A stretch of DNA of 61,503 nucleotides, the filler included. It is 3 parts of 3 records of this genome, joined end to end, with 100 filler letters (N's around TTAATTAATTAA, not from the genome) between each part and the next. Parts side by side here need not be neighbours in the genome. Positions count along the whole stretch, not along the records: positions 1 to 27,377 come from SRR20825019_2604; 2 more parts are not named here. One strand, written 5' to 3'. Position 1 is the first letter of the stretch, and each line of letters opens with the position of its first letter. The position numbers were made by a program, and so were the translations under genes. This document shows, piece by piece, positions 9,770-21,584 of the stretch. The notes beneath the pieces were generated by a model. It had not been told where the DNA came from. It worked only from the letters and a program-made list of their open reading frames with translations, and did no database searches.

Positions 9770-11257
9770 TTAATCTTCGAGGGTCTGTCGTGGCGACGCA
9801 TATTTATCACCGGCCTTGGCCGAAAGCGTATTCTTCGAAGTGTAAGGCGTCCCCGGCGCATGTTTGTCTTTGCCGATCAACTCAAAATAGAAAGGACATC
9901 CGTCCAATTCGAATTCCTTCACCATACCTGCTTGTAAATATCGCCGATAGCTTTCGCTAAGCTTCTTTTCGTTATTGCAGAAAATCTTGATGCGAAATGG
10001 CCGGTAGCCCGATTGCGTCGCGTAGTAGATCCGGAATCGTTTGCCACCCACCGCAGGTGGCGGTGTGCGTTCCATTAATTTGCCCAGGAGACTGTTCAAA
10101 CGTCCCGTCGGTAATTTTGTTTCCAGCGTGCGATAGAGTTTCACGGTCGCATTCAGCATGCGGGAAACTTCATAACCGCTGAGCGCCGATACGAAAATAA
10201 TCGGCGAACCCGGGGTGAAGAAGAGCCCCCGAAAGACCGCTTTTTCGTAGTGTTCCCGATACTCACGCTCCGTCGCATAGCCGCGAATACCCTGCGGATC
10301 TTCGATGCCTTCAGGGGTCTTGAAAGCCTTATGCACCAAGTCCCACTTGTTCACGATGATGACAATGGGCTTTCGCTCTTTGATCGCTTCTCCGGCGATG
10401 GCTTTGTCCTGTTGCGTGACTCCTTCCATGGCATCGAGCACGAGAAAAACCACATCGGTCTGCTGAATCGCATCGAGTGAGCGTAAACGGGAAAAGTATT
10501 CGACCGGAGACCCCAGTTTGGTGGAGGCCCGGATTCCGGCCGTATCAACCAGTCGGAAATCATACTTCTTTTTGTTCCGCGCGGTGAAACTGAAATCCAG
10601 CTCCACCGAATCGCGGGTCGTGCCGGGCACATCGCTGACGATCAATCGATCACTGCGTGTGAGCCGATTGCTCAATGACGATTTTCCGACATTGGGGCGG
10701 CCGATGAAACAAATGCGAATCGGTTTATTCTGATCCCGCACCCCATCATCCTGCGGGACCGGCCCCAGCCGTTTGAGAATCTGATCCCGCAGATTGTCTT
10801 CCCCTCGTCCGTGTTCGGCGGAAACCATCACCGGTTCGCCCAAGCCCAGGCGATACGCCTCGGCGGTGTCGATTTTTTCGACATCGAAATCAACCTTGTT
10901 GATCACCAGCATGACCTCGCGACCACTCCGCCGCAGTCGTGCACCGATCCGTTGATCCAGCTCCGTAATTTCCGAAAGCCCATCAATCACAAACAGGACC
11001 AGACCCGCCGCCTCAATGGCGAACGCCACCTGCTCTTCCGACGCCTTCGTGATTCGCGCCGGCGTATCATTCCCTGTCAGTCCGAGACCACCTGTGTCCA
11101 ACAGGGTGTAGTCGCCATCCTCGATCCGCGCCGAAATCACATCACGGGTGATGCCCGGTTGGTCGTGCACGATCGAAATGCGCTTGCGGGCAAGGCGATT
11201 GAAAAGACGGCTTTTACCGACATTCGGACGACCAACGATGGCAACGGATCTATTCAT
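9770..11257 (-). CDS. der: Ribosome biogenesis GTPase Der (EngA)
   Basis: Two G domains (GRPNVGKS twice, DTGG/DTAG, NKVD/NKWD) and a KH-like C-terminal domain. Confidence 0.97.
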   Translation of the reverse strand: MNRSVAIVGRPNVGKSRLFNRLARKRISIVHDQPGITRDVISARIEDGDYTLLDTGGLGLTGNDTPARITKASEEQVAFAIEAAGLVLFVIDGLSEITELDQRIGARLRRSGREVMLVINKVDFDVEKIDTAEAYRLGLGEPVMVSAEHGRGEDNLRDQILKRLGPVPQDDGVRDQNKPIRICFIGRPNVGKSSLSNRLTRSDRLIVSDVPGTTRDSVELDFSFTARNKKKYDFRLVDTAGIRASTKLGSPVEYFSRLRSLDAIQQTDVVFLVLDAMEGVTQQDKAIAGEAIKERKPIVIIVNKWDLVHKAFKTPEGIEDPQGIRGYATEREYREHYEKAVFRGLFFTPGSPIIFVSALSGYEVSRMLNATVKLYRTLETKLPTGRLNSLLGKLMERTPPPAVGGKRFRIYYATQSGYRPFRIKIFCNNEKKLSESYRRYLQAGMVKEFELDGCPFYFELIGKDKHAPGTPYTSKNTLSAKAGDKYASPRQTLED

Positions 11258-12435
11258 TATTTTAGCCCTTCCACAAAACGTTGGATGCGGTCACAGGCAT
11301 CAATCAACTCTTCATAACTGGTCGCAAAACAGGCTCGCACATGGCCGCGCCCATTTTCGCCGAAGGCGGTTCCAGGCACCACGGCGACTTTTTCACTCTT
11401 CAGTAAATTGGCCGCAAATTCCTCTGAGGTAAGCCCGGTGCTTTGAATCGACGGGAAGGCGTAAAAGGATCCGCGAGGCGAATGACATTTCAGACCGATT
11501 TCATTGAAGCGACGCACCACCAAATCGCGACGACGATGATATTGTTCGCGCATTTTAATGACGCTTTCTTCACCGTGCAGCAATGCCTCCAAGGCAGCTT
11601 CCTGCGCAATGATTGAAGCGCACATCATGGAATACTGGTGCACTTTCATCATGGCTTCGATCAGCACCGCGGGTCCGCAGGCGTAACCGATGCGCCAGCC
11701 CGTCATGGCGAAGGCTTTGGAAAAACCGTGCAACAGAATCGTCCGTTCAGCCATGCCGGGGAAACTCGCGATACTGGTATGATCTCCGTCAAAAGTAAGC
11801 TCGGAATAAATTTCATCGCTCAGCACCAGCAGATCCTTCTCACGACAGAAATCCGCAATTTTCTGCAACTGTTCGCGACTGCAAGTGCCACCCGTGGGGT
11901 TACACGGTAAATTGAGCATCAGGATCTTACAGCCCGGTTGCCACGCTGCTTCCAAGGCCTCCACGGTCAGGGCAAAGTTATCATCAGCATAGGTGGGCAC
12001 CGCAATCGCCTCTCCATGCACCAGCGCAATGCTCGGATGGTAGGAAACATAGCAAGGCTGGTGAAACATCACTTTGTCGCCGGGATTGCAAAACGCCCGA
12101 AACGCCAAGTCCAAGGCTTCACTCACCCCCACCGTCACGAGCACCTGATCGTCAGCCCGATAATTCACCGCGAAATGTTTGGCGACATAGCGGGAGATCT
12201 CCTGACGCAATTCGAGTAAACCGAGATTCGAAGTGTAATAGGTTTTTCCTTTTTCGAGCGCGAAGATCGCCGCCTCGCGAATATGCCAGGGTGTTACGAA
12301 ATCGGGCTCGCCGACGCCGAGCGAAATCACGTCTTGCCCCTTCATCTTGGCAACAAGCTCAAAGAAATCGCGAATACCACTTTTCGGTAGCGAAGCCACA
12401 TGGTTCGCTACCCATTGTTTGGGGTCCTTACTCAT
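11257..12435 (-). CDS. PLP-dependent class I/II aminotransferase (YugH/AlaT-like)
   Basis: SGIRDFF, SLGVGEPDFVTPWHIR, DEIYSEL, FSKAFAMTGWRIG; directly downstream of an Lrp regulator. Confidence 0.9.
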   Translation of the reverse strand: MSKDPKQWVANHVASLPKSGIRDFFELVAKMKGQDVISLGVGEPDFVTPWHIREAAIFALEKGKTYYTSNLGLLELRQEISRYVAKHFAVNYRADDQVLVTVGVSEALDLAFRAFCNPGDKVMFHQPCYVSYHPSIALVHGEAIAVPTYADDNFALTVEALEAAWQPGCKILMLNLPCNPTGGTCSREQLQKIADFCREKDLLVLSDEIYSELTFDGDHTSIASFPGMAERTILLHGFSKAFAMTGWRIGYACGPAVLIEAMMKVHQYSMMCASIIAQEAALEALLHGEESVIKMREQYHRRRDLVVRRFNEIGLKCHSPRGSFYAFPSIQSTGLTSEEFAANLLKSEKVAVVPGTAFGENGRGHVRACFATSYEELIDACDRIQRFVEGLK

Positions 12436-12447
12436 GGCGCAAAATGG

Positions 12448-12936
12448 TTACGGTGCGACTTCGAGACGTTCGCCGTTGGTGTCTCCCTGTGCAAGCAGCA
12501 CACCTTGATCCTTGTAACAGCGAAGTTGAAAATGCGTCGCGGTCGAAAGCACGCCTTCGATCGTGGAAAGTTTTTCGGAAACAAAGGCAGCGACGTTTTG
12601 CAGTGACGATCCTTTGACGAAGACGAGCAAGTCGTAACCGCCGGACATCAAATGACAGGTTTCCACTTCATCAAATCGGCTGATTCGGTCGGCCAGATGA
12701 TTAAAGCCTCCTCCGCGTTCCGGGGTGATCCGCACTTCAATCACGGCACGCACCGCGGCCGCCGCCGCTCCCTCGCGGGAAAGGTCGAGCACCGGACGCC
12801 AGCCGAGGAAGATTTTATCTTTTTTCAGCTGGTCCAAGTGCTGGTTAACCTCGGCTTCGGTTAAGCCGGCCACTTGCGCCATTTGCGCCGGTGTCAGACT
12901 ACCGCCTTCGATTAAGAGCTTGAGAACAGGATTCAT
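12448..12936 (-). CDS. Lrp/AsnC family transcriptional regulator (YugG/AlaR-like)
   Basis: N-terminal HTH; IEVRITPERGGGF, LMSGGYDL, FVSEKLSTIEGVLSTATHF. Confidence 0.92.
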   Translation of the reverse strand: MNPVLKLLIEGGSLTPAQMAQVAGLTEAEVNQHLDQLKKDKIFLGWRPVLDLSREGAAAAAVRAVIEVRITPERGGGFNHLADRISRFDEVETCHLMSGGYDLLVFVKGSSLQNVAAFVSEKLSTIEGVLSTATHFQLRCYKDQGVLLAQGDTNGERLEVAP

Positions 12937-13079
12937 AGGGAGTGCGTTTATCCGCGAATGAGGATGATTTGACCAGCGGAAACTCCTCGGAGCGGTTAAT
13001 CATCGATTTTGGCCGTAACTTCGACAGAGTTTTTCTTCTTACTAGCGGCTGCAAACACGTTCCCCGATGTTCCCAATTC

Positions 13080-14990
13080 ATGTCGATTAGCCCACCCAAC
13101 GAGAGCCTATTCCTACGATCGCTCCTCGAGGCCTCCGCTGAGGCTGTGATCTCAACCGATTGCAGCGGTCTCATAACCAGCTTCAATCATCGAGCCGAAC
13201 AGCTCACCGGTTATTCGGCTGCCGAGGTGATCGGACAACACGCCCTGCTCCAGTGGCACGATCAGGAAGAACTCAAGGAGCGCATTAAGGGATCGAAGAA
13301 AAAGCGAACCAAGCGCAGCTCGGTCGATTTCAGTGCCTTTGCGGTCCACACCGAGACTATTTCGACCACTGAAGGGCAGATCTGGACGGTCACGAAGAAA
13401 GATAAGTCACAGCTTACCGTTCAACTGACATTGAAGCCGATGACTGAAGATGATCACGAAGTCTTCGGCTATTTGGCATTATATCAGGATATCACGGAAC
13501 AGCAGGCTATCTTGAGAAACCTTCATCAGGAGGAACAACGTTTTGAAGACATGGTGGATTATTCCGCGATGGGCACCGCTACGGTTTCACTCGAGGGCAC
13601 CTGGATTACGCTGAATCGATCTTTTTGTGAATTGCTGGGCTACTCTCATGAGGAGCTAAGCAAGACTTCCGTTCAGGATTTAACCCATCCGGACGATATG
13701 GAGACCGATTGGGCTAAGGCGCAGCAGCTCATCAAGGGCGAACTCACCCATTACCACATGGAGAAACGGTATATTCATAAAAATGGCAGCATCGTCTGGG
13801 TCCTCCTCAGTGTCTCTCTCGTCCGCAACGACAGCGGGGAACCACTCTACTTTGTCGCCCAAGTCCAGGATGTCACTCCACGAAAATTGGCTACCGAGGA
13901 ACTGGCGGCCAGCGTGGAGCTTTTAAGAGAGTTTATCGCCCACGCTCCGGTGGCCATTGCCATGCTGGATAAGGACATGTGCTATCTGAATGCCAGTGAG
14001 AGATGGATCTCCGAATACAACCTCCCCTCTAATAGCATTATCGGTCGTTCTCATTACGAATTATTCCCAACCATTCCCCAACGCTGGAAGGACGTGCATC
14101 GGCGGGTGTTACAAGGTGCGACCGAGAGCTCACGTGAAGACGACTTCACGTTGGCGGATGGTTCCGTGGAATGGCTCAATTGGGAAGCACGCCCCTGGCA
14201 CAACGCACAGGGTGAAATCAGCGGACTGATTTTCTTTACGCGCAATATTACCAAACAAAAAAAATCGCAGCAGGAGCTGGAACGATTGGTCAGCGAATTG
14301 GAACGTTCTAACCGTGAACTCGAGCAATTCGCCTACGTGGCATCTCACGATATGCAGGAGCCGCTGAGGGCGGTCGCCGCCTGCGCGGAAATTCTCCAGT
14401 CACGATATCAGGAGCAACTGGATGCCAAAGCCGACGAGTTGATCACCCACGTCGTGGATGGGGCCAATCGGATGCAAAGCTTGATTCAGGACCTCCTGCA
14501 ACTCTCCCGGATCAATTCCCGTTCGTCCAAACCGGTCAAGGTTGATACTGATCAAGTGTGCCGGAGCGTTTTACAGGATCTTTCCGGTGAAATTAAAAAG
14601 GCATCGGCCAAGGTCGCATTGGATTCACTCCCCGTGGTTCTTGGCGATCCGACTCAGCTTAAACAGGTGTTTCAAAACTTGCTGAGTAATGCGCTGAAGT
14701 ATCGGGGGGTAGAGCGCCCCGTGATCACGATTAAAGCGACGAGCAAAGAGAGTGGTGTCGAGTTTGCGGTTTCGGACAACGGCATCGGCATTGATCGCGC
14801 CTACTTCCGACAAATATTCGGCATTTTCCAAAGACTGCACACGCGGCGGGAATATCCGGGCACTGGGATCGGGCTTGCTCTTTGCGAAAAAATCATTGAG
14901 CGACATGGAGGTAAAATCTGGCTCACCTCCACGCTCGGCAAGGGGTCTGTTTTCTACTTCACTCTACCGGTTAATTTTCCGAAAATGTGA
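13080..14990 (+). CDS. Cytoplasmic PAS-PAS-PAS sensor histidine kinase with Cph1-type transmitter
   Basis: Three PAS/PAC units (DITEQQ, DVTPRK, NITKQK), ELERSNRELEQFAYVASHDMQEPLR, QNLLSNALKY, FQRLHTRREYPGTGIGLA. ATG at 13080 preferred. Confidence 0.92.
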   Translation: MSISPPNESLFLRSLLEASAEAVISTDCSGLITSFNHRAEQLTGYSAAEVIGQHALLQWHDQEELKERIKGSKKKRTKRSSVDFSAFAVHTETISTTEGQIWTVTKKDKSQLTVQLTLKPMTEDDHEVFGYLALYQDITEQQAILRNLHQEEQRFEDMVDYSAMGTATVSLEGTWITLNRSFCELLGYSHEELSKTSVQDLTHPDDMETDWAKAQQLIKGELTHYHMEKRYIHKNGSIVWVLLSVSLVRNDSGEPLYFVAQVQDVTPRKLATEELAASVELLREFIAHAPVAIAMLDKDMCYLNASERWISEYNLPSNSIIGRSHYELFPTIPQRWKDVHRRVLQGATESSREDDFTLADGSVEWLNWEARPWHNAQGEISGLIFFTRNITKQKKSQQELERLVSELERSNRELEQFAYVASHDMQEPLRAVAACAEILQSRYQEQLDAKADELITHVVDGANRMQSLIQDLLQLSRINSRSSKPVKVDTDQVCRSVLQDLSGEIKKASAKVALDSLPVVLGDPTQLKQVFQNLLSNALKYRGVERPVITIKATSKESGVEFAVSDNGIGIDRAYFRQIFGIFQRLHTRREYPGTGIGLALCEKIIERHGGKIWLTSTLGKGSVFYFTLPVNFPKM

Positions 14991-15427
14991 TCATGCAACG
15001 GCGACAAGTCGAAATTCTCCTGGTAGAAGATAGCCCATCCGATCGTCTGATCATTGGAGAGGCTTTCGATAAGTCGCGTCTAAATACCCAGCTTCACTCG
15101 GTCCCGGACGGGGTTGAAGCCATGCGTTATATTCGTGGAGAGCATCCCTACTCTAATATGCCTCGTCCCGATCTCATCCTTCTCGATCTCAATCTCCCGC
15201 GGATGAATGGGCATGAAGTTTTGGCGCTCCTGAAAGAGAGCCCCGATTTTCAAACCATCCCGGTTGTCGTTTTGAGTTCATCGGACGCAGAAGAAGATGT
15301 CAGCGAAGCCTACCGCCACCATGCCAACTGCTACATCACCAAACCGGTTGAATTCAAAGGCTTCATGAAAGCCGTGCGCACTATTGAGCAATTTTGGTTT
15401 AAGATCGGGACGCTGCCGTCCCGCTAG
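14987..15427 (+). CDS. Single-domain response regulator (Rcp1-like)
   Basis: EILLVEDS, PDLILLDLNLPRMNG, ANCYITKPVEF, IEQFWF; abuts the kinase stop codon. Confidence 0.92.
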   Translation: MIMQRRQVEILLVEDSPSDRLIIGEAFDKSRLNTQLHSVPDGVEAMRYIRGEHPYSNMPRPDLILLDLNLPRMNGHEVLALLKESPDFQTIPVVVLSSSDAEEDVSEAYRHHANCYITKPVEFKGFMKAVRTIEQFWFKIGTLPSR

Positions 15428-15508
15428 ACTCAGTATCCTCACTTGGTGCATAACCTTTTTCGAGGAGTGGTTGCGTCTCGGTGAAAAATCCCGCAATTGT
15501 CGGGTTCC

Positions 15509-16873
15509 ATGTTCGAATCTCTCACCGACAAATTAGGCAACGCACTCCGCAACCTCCGCGGCGTTGGTAAACTCTCCGAAGAAAATATGGCGGAAGCGCT
15601 CAAGGAAGTGCGCACCGCCCTGCTCTCGGCTGATGTTCATTTCAAGGTCGCCCGTGAGTTTATCGACCGCGTCCAAACGGCCTGCGTCGGCCAGGAAGTT
15701 CTTAAATCGGTCACCCCCGGGCAGCAGATCGTCAAAATTATCAATGACGAACTCACCGCCCTTCTCGGCGAAGGCACCACGGCAATCTCCGATCATCGCC
15801 CCCTCAAAATCCTCATGGTCGGTCTCCATGGTTCCGGTAAGACCACCTCCAGCGCCAAGCTCGGTAAACTTCTCAAAAAGCGCGGTTACAAACCCATGGT
15901 CGCGGCCTGTGATATTTATCGTCCCGCGGCGATCGATCAGCTCGAAATTCTCTCCAAACAGGAAGAGCTCGGTTTCTACGCCGATCGTAATTCCAAGGAT
16001 GTTCCCGCGATCGGTGCCGCGGCGATCAAAGCGTCCCGCGCCGCGGAAAACGATGCGGTCATTTTCGATACCGCCGGTCGCCTGCAAATCGACGAGGATC
16101 TCATCGAAGAGGTGCGCAAACTTCGTGCCGAGGTGCAGCCCGATGAGGTGCTCCTCGTCGCGGATGGAGCTCTCGGACAGGAAGCGGTCAATGTGGCCAA
16201 GGCATTTAATGATGCTCTTCAGCTCACCGGTCTGATTCTCACCAAAATGGATGGGGATGCCCGCGGTGGTGCGGCGCTCTCCATCAAGTCGATCACCGGC
16301 GTGCCCATCAAATTCGTCGGCACGGGTGAAAAGACGGAAGATTTCGAAACCTTTCATCCCGATCGTCTCGCCTCCCGGATTCTCGGGATGGGTGATGTCG
16401 TGACGCTCGTTGAAAAGGCGCAGGAAAATATCGATCAGAAAGAAGCTGAACGCATGGCCGAGAAAATGCGCAAAGCGGAGTTTGATCTCGAGGACTTCCT
16501 CTCCCAGATGCAGCAGGTCAAAAAGATGGGCTCCATGCAGAGTATCATGGGCATGATCCCCGGCATGAACAAAGTCGAGTTGCCGGATGATGCCGACAAG
16601 CAGATGAAACGCACCGAAGCGATTATCTACTCAATGACCAAGCAGGAACGTCGCACTCCCCGTCTCTTGAATGGCAGCCGACGCCAGCGCATCGCCAACG
16701 GTGCCGGGGTCAAAATCGTCGAGGTCAATCAGCTGCTCAAACAGTTCCAGCAGATGCAGAAAATGATGAAGATGATGAAGGGCGGCGGCTCGAAGAAGAT
16801 GCGCCGTCAAATGGAAGCCATGCAGGCCCAGGGCGGCCCCGGTGGTGGTTTCCCCGGCCTACCCGGCATGTAA
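15509..16873 (+). CDS. ffh: Signal recognition particle protein Ffh
   Basis: [48 protein letters not shown], Met-rich M domain. Confidence 0.97.
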   Translation: MFESLTDKLGNALRNLRGVGKLSEENMAEALKEVRTALLSADVHFKVAREFIDRVQTACVGQEVLKSVTPGQQIVKIINDELTALLGEGTTAISDHRPLKILMVGLHGSGKTTSSAKLGKLLKKRGYKPMVAACDIYRPAAIDQLEILSKQEELGFYADRNSKDVPAIGAAAIKASRAAENDAVIFDTAGRLQIDEDLIEEVRKLRAEVQPDEVLLVADGALGQEAVNVAKAFNDALQLTGLILTKMDGDARGGAALSIKSITGVPIKFVGTGEKTEDFETFHPDRLASRILGMGDVVTLVEKAQENIDQKEAERMAEKMRKAEFDLEDFLSQMQQVKKMGSMQSIMGMIPGMNKVELPDDADKQMKRTEAIIYSMTKQERRTPRLLNGSRRQRIANGAGVKIVEVNQLLKQFQQMQKMMKMMKGGGSKKMRRQMEAMQAQGGPGGGFPGLPGM

Positions 16874-16919
16874 GGTTCGGACGTTCTGACGGGAGCTTCT
16901 GATCTCTTTCGACTTAAAC

Positions 16920-16999
16920 TGTAGCCGGGATCGCTGAGCCCGGATTGCAGCAGAGTCGCGCCATTCCATGATCACCGGGCTCAGGCGAGCCCGGCTACA
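16920..16999. repeat. Inverted pair of GTAG-type REP sequences (REPIN-like)
   Basis: TGTAGCCGGGATCGCTGAGCCCGG (16920-16943) and, on the minus strand, TGTAGCCGGGCTCGCCTGAGCCCGG (16975-16999). Confidence 0.8.
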
Positions 17000-17041
17000 A
17001 TGGGGAGACTCCGATTTAGAGAAAGCTTGGGTGTCCGCCTC

Positions 17042-19597
17042 CTACGCGGACCCGATTTTATCGACACCTTCAAATCTGACCACCGCCCGGTTCTCCTCAC
17101 GCGAGTCCTTAAGCGACACGGTGAACCTTGCCTCCCAATCGTTGAGCCCTTCGCGATCAACGAGCATTTGCACGACTTGCCACTCACCGGCATTTTCAGT
17201 TTCATCCCAGTGCGTGTGCTTGGCGGCACGCCCTTCGGGATCGAGGCGAAATGAACCGTGTTCTTCGAAATAGGGCTCGAAGCTCCGAAAATGCTCTTCC
17301 GTTTCACGATCGATTTCCTCGTGATCCGTCCCTCCGAAGCCACCCATCGCATCCCATCGGGCCACACCCTGTAGCCAGAGAAAGATCTCCGCGCGGACCA
17401 ATCGACGAAACGATTTGGCATCGCGCGTGATATCAAAACTCTTCGGCCGCGAGGGCTGACCATCAGCGTCAACATCAGAGGCCACCCAATCCGGGTTTTT
17501 CATGCGCTCCCATTCCTCGAGCAGACTCGCATCGATCCCGCTGATCAATTCACGGAAGTAGGCTTCCATCTCTTCGATTTCATCGGTTTTAAAAGTATCC
17601 GGCACGGTCTGCGCCAGCACCTTCCAGACCTGGGAGAGATGACGCAGCAACAATCCCTCACTCCGTTGCAGGCCATACTCACGGATATAATCGGAGAACG
17701 ACATGTATCGCTCAAACATTTCCCGGGCAATCGACTTGGGCTTAACATTCTCGCCTTCCACCCAGGGATGCGCCGCGGCAAACGTGTTGAATGAGTCGTA
17801 AACGAACTCCCGCAGAGGCTTCGGATATTCCAGCTCGTCGAGCTTGGCGAGGCGCTCATCATACTCCACTCCGGCCGCTTTCATTTCCGCCATCTTATCC
17901 GTCTTCACCCGATCCAACTGCCGTCTTAAAATGACGTCCGGGTCCTCAACAATCGATTCGCAAAGCGTCAGCACATCAAAGGGATAATCAGACGATTCCG
18001 TTTCGAGCAGAGGCAGCGTATCCAGCAGGTAGAGTGACAGGGCCTGGTGCAGCGAAAAATCCTCCTGTAATTCCACATTCACGCGCAGCTTGCTGGATTG
18101 TTCGCCGCGTTGTTCGCGGGGGATCACTTCGACAATCTTGCGCTCGATCAATCCGCGGAACAACTGCCAGCTCCGTTTGCGGAGAGCCGTTTTCTTGATC
18201 GGGGTTTCGTGACACGTCTCGATCACCCCACGCATCGCGCGGCAACCATCGCCTTTCCGGCTTAGCATCAACAGAAGCATCCCATGAGAGACGCTGAACT
18301 TCGAACTGAGTGCTTCGGGAGGAGAAATCTGCAACCGCTCGAAAGTTTTCTCATCCCAACTCACCTCACCTTTGGCGGGACGCGCCTTGATGAGCTTTTT
18401 CTTTTTCTGAGGATTTCCCGCCGCTTTCTCTTCGGCTCGCTTATTTTCAATCACATGAGCCGGAGCCTGCGCGATCACATAGCCGCAATCATCAAAACCG
18501 CGTCGTCCCGCTCGGCCCGAGATTTGGCGAAAATCCCGCACGGCGAGAATCGCCGATTTCACGCCGTCATATTTCCAGAGCTGCGTGAAGATCACGGTGC
18601 GGATCGGCACATTGATGCCCACTCCCAGCGTGTCGGTGCCGCAGATCAATTTGAGCAACCCTTTCTGCGCGAGCTGTTCGGTCAGGATCCGGTATTTGGG
18701 AAGCAGCCCCGCATGGTGCACACCAATCCCATGCCTCAGCCAACGCTTCACGTCCTTACCATATGGACTGTTGAATTTCACATCCTCCAACGCAGTCGCA
18801 AGGGCCGCTTTCTCATCCTTCGAACAGACATCCAGACTCATCAAAGCCTGGGCCGCTTCGGAAGTTTCCCGCTGGGTAAAATGAACCAGATAGGCCGGTG
18901 CTTTATTTTCGGCAAGCACTTGCCCCACCCGCTCATTGAGTGGTGTTTCCGAATACTCAAATTCCAGTGGAACCGGTCGGCGATCACTCCGCACGGTCAC
19001 GCAGGAAACTCCGGTCACCCGTTCGAGGTCCTTTTCAAAAAATTCCGTATCGCCGATCGTGGCCGACATCAGCAGGAACCGAGCCCCGGGCATCGTCAGC
19101 AACGGCACCTGCCAGGCCGAGCCGCGCTCGGCATCCGAGTAATAATGAAACTCGTCCATGATCACCGCCTTCACTGCGGCGGCTCGTTCTCCGCCTCCGA
19201 GGGCGATATTCGCAAGGATCTCCGCCGTGCAACACAAGACCGGCGCATCGATGTTCACGCTCGCGTCACCGGTCATCATTCCGACGTTGTCCGGTCCAAA
19301 ATCGCGACAGAGCGAGAGAAACTTTTCGTTCACCAATGCCTTGATCGGACAGGTGTAGACCGACCGTTCGCCATCGCAGAGCGCTTTGTAATGTAGCGCG
19401 GCGGCCACGAGGGACTTTCCCGATCCGGTCGGAGTGGCCAGAATCAGATTCTTACCCTCAAACAATTCAAGGATCGCCTCCTCCTGTTCCGGATAGAGTT
19501 CGAGTCCTTTCTCGGACGCAACCGACAGGAACTGGTCCAAGACCTCGTCGGAAGTGGGACGACCCGAAAGTGGAGCTAGCGGTGCCGCCGACATCAA
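17042..19597 (-). CDS. Ski2-like DEAD/DEAH-box helicase with DUF3516-like C-terminus
   Basis: [59 protein letters not shown]. Confidence 0.9.
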   Translation of the reverse strand: MMSAAPLAPLSGRPTSDEVLDQFLSVASEKGLELYPEQEEAILELFEGKNLILATPTGSGKSLVAAALHYKALCDGERSVYTCPIKALVNEKFLSLCRDFGPDNVGMMTGDASVNIDAPVLCCTAEILANIALGGGERAAAVKAVIMDEFHYYSDAERGSAWQVPLLTMPGARFLLMSATIGDTEFFEKDLERVTGVSCVTVRSDRRPVPLEFEYSETPLNERVGQVLAENKAPAYLVHFTQRETSEAAQALMSLDVCSKDEKAALATALEDVKFNSPYGKDVKRWLRHGIGVHHAGLLPKYRILTEQLAQKGLLKLICGTDTLGVGINVPIRTVIFTQLWKYDGVKSAILAVRDFRQISGRAGRRGFDDCGYVIAQAPAHVIENKRAEEKAAGNPQKKKKLIKARPAKGEVSWDEKTFERLQISPPEALSSKFSVSHGMLLLMLSRKGDGCRAMRGVIETCHETPIKKTALRKRSWQLFRGLIERKIVEVIPREQRGEQSSKLRVNVELQEDFSLHQALSLYLLDTLPLLETESSDYPFDVLTLCESIVEDPDVILRRQLDRVKTDKMAEMKAAGVEYDERLAKLDELEYPKPLREFVYDSFNTFAAAHPWVEGENVKPKSIAREMFERYMSFSDYIREYGLQRSEGLLLRHLSQVWKVLAQTVPDTFKTDEIEEMEAYFRELISGIDASLLEEWERMKNPDWVASDVDADGQPSRPKSFDITRDAKSFRRLVRAEIFLWLQGVARWDAMGGFGGTDHEEIDRETEEHFRSFEPYFEEHGSFRLDPEGRAAKHTHWDETENAGEWQVVQMLVDREGLNDWEARFTVSLKDSREENRAVVRFEGVDKIGSA

Positions 19598-19605
19598 CTT
19601 GCTGA

Positions 19606-20055
19606 TCAGCTGAGCTTGACCTGGATCAACTTACTCGCTTGGCCGAAATCAATCAGATCCGCTTCGGGTAATTTCTTGAGAGCACCAATCACCTTCCCCA
19701 TTTCCTTCTTCGTCTGCGCTCCCGTCTCCGCCACCGCTTGGGCCACGAGCGCTTCCAGTTTTTCGCCTTCAATGCCCTGCGGCAGATATTTGCTGAGAAG
19801 CGCAATTTCCGCGTCGTTCGCCGCAATCAGATCGTCACGGCCACCCTTCGCAAATTCACCGTTGGCATCTTTAAGATTCTTCACGGATTTCCGCAACGTG
19901 GCGAGGACCAAGGTTTCATCGATCTCTTTGTTCAGATCCATCGACGCGCGCTGAATCGCTGCATCTGCCGTGCGCAGAATTGTCGCCGTCGCGGAGTCGC
20001 GTGCCTTCATCGCGGTGATGATATCCGCGCGCAGAGTTTCATATGTCGTAGCCAT
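19606..20055 (-). CDS. GatB/YqeY domain protein
   Basis: AMKARD, F-x-KGGRDDL, [18 protein letters not shown]. Confidence 0.9.
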   Translation of the reverse strand: MATTYETLRADIITAMKARDSATATILRTADAAIQRASMDLNKEIDETLVLATLRKSVKNLKDANGEFAKGGRDDLIAANDAEIALLSKYLPQGIEGEKLEALVAQAVAETGAQTKKEMGKVIGALKKLPEADLIDFGQASKLIQVKLS

Positions 20056-20159
20056 GAAGCTAACCTGTCCGTAGTTTGGCTGGTGTCGAGCGATGTTCAG
20101 GAGATTGCACCGGAATTATCCGGACGACAGACCCTCAATCCGGTGTTAAGGTATCTTCC

Positions 20160-21584
20160 ATGAAGATGTCCCACGAAAAAATGTATTCCCGCCTGCTCGC
20201 CGGGGACGCGACGTGGAATGGTCGATTCTTCACCGGGGTGCTCACCACGGGTATTTACTGTCTCCCCTCCTGCAAAGCCCGAAAGCCCAAATCGGAAAAC
20301 GTCCGCTTCTTCCCCACCTGCGAAGCGGCTCGTGAGGCCGGATTACGTGCCTGTAAAAAATGTCATCCCGACGATTACGCCCGTGGGGCCGATCCCGTGC
20401 TAGAAACCATCGAGGAAGTTGTTTCAGAAATGCGCGCCCATCCGGAAAATTTCACCGATGGACGGGCGGTGATTCGACGCTCTGGTTTTGGAAACACCCG
20501 GGCTTTTGAACTGTTTCGCCAACATTTTCACAGCACCCCTGCCGACCTGCTGCTGAGGGCACGATTGGCTGCGGCAAAAGAACGCTTAGTTGACGGTAAG
20601 GAAACCGTCGCGGAAATCGCTTATTCGGTCGGCTTCGAAAGTCTCTCCGGTTTTCACGATAATTTTCAACGCCTCAATGGACTGACGCCCTCTTCGTATC
20701 GGAACTTAAATTCGTCACCAAGTTTCACGATTACCCTCCCGGACGAATTCGAGTTACCCTATCTCCGCAGGGCACTGAGTCGTGACACTCAGAGTCTTTC
20801 CGAAAAATTACGGGGCGATCACTACGAGGCCGCGGTGCGGGTTGAGGGAGCTCCCGCACTTCTCAGTCTCCATCTTGATTCGGATAAAATCGACGTCACC
20901 ACCACCGCCGCCAATGGTCTTGAGGCTCACCGCCTGGCCATTGGTTTGTTGGGTCTTGATCAGGACTGCTCAGCGTTTTGCCGGTTGAGCCATAAGCTTG
21001 GATTAGCGCGTTTAGTCTCCAGGCGTCACGGCCTCCGCGTCAGTCAGACTCATTCGATCTACGACGGTCTCCTCTGGTCGATCATCGGACAGCAGATCAA
21101 CTTCCCATTCGCGTGTCTGTTGAAACGTCGTCTCTTCGAACTCGCGGGAGAACCACTGGGTAACGGACTCTACGCCCCGCCGCTTCCGGAACGCGTGGCG
21201 GAGTTGAAACCGGCCGACCTGATCGCCTTGCAGTTTTCGCGGCAGAAAGCCGCCTACGTAATCGATACCTCACGACTGATTGCCAGCGGCGAATTGAATC
21301 TGGAGAAACTCGCTACGGCCTCCGCTACCCGCGCCGAGCGCACGCTTCTCAACGTGCGCGGTCTCGGCCCCTGGTCGGTCAATTATCTCATGATGCGCGC
21401 ATTGGGATTTGCCGATTGCGTGCCCTATGGAGACACCGGAGTCACCAGTGGATTGCAGAGTTTACTCGATTTGGAGACACGCCCCGATGTCGACGCCACT
21501 CGCCGACTCATGGCGGTCTTCGCACCGTATCGCAGCCTCGCAACCGCGCATCTTTGGCAATTTAACCAATCCGAACCTTCATGA
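20160..21584 (+). CDS. alkA: Ada-Zn/AraC-AlkA fusion (DNA-3-methyladenine glycosylase II with Ada N-terminus)
   Basis: [10 protein letters not shown]...GLRACKKC Zn site, AraC HTH (IAYSVGFES), IIGQQI, Hh[23 protein letters not shown]. Confidence 0.9.
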   Translation: MKMSHEKMYSRLLAGDATWNGRFFTGVLTTGIYCLPSCKARKPKSENVRFFPTCEAAREAGLRACKKCHPDDYARGADPVLETIEEVVSEMRAHPENFTDGRAVIRRSGFGNTRAFELFRQHFHSTPADLLLRARLAAAKERLVDGKETVAEIAYSVGFESLSGFHDNFQRLNGLTPSSYRNLNSSPSFTITLPDEFELPYLRRALSRDTQSLSEKLRGDHYEAAVRVEGAPALLSLHLDSDKIDVTTTAANGLEAHRLAIGLLGLDQDCSAFCRLSHKLGLARLVSRRHGLRVSQTHSIYDGLLWSIIGQQINFPFACLLKRRLFELAGEPLGNGLYAPPLPERVAELKPADLIALQFSRQKAAYVIDTSRLIASGELNLEKLATASATRAERTLLNVRGLGPWSVNYLMMRALGFADCVPYGDTGVTSGLQSLLDLETRPDVDATRRLMAVFAPYRSLATAHLWQFNQSEPS

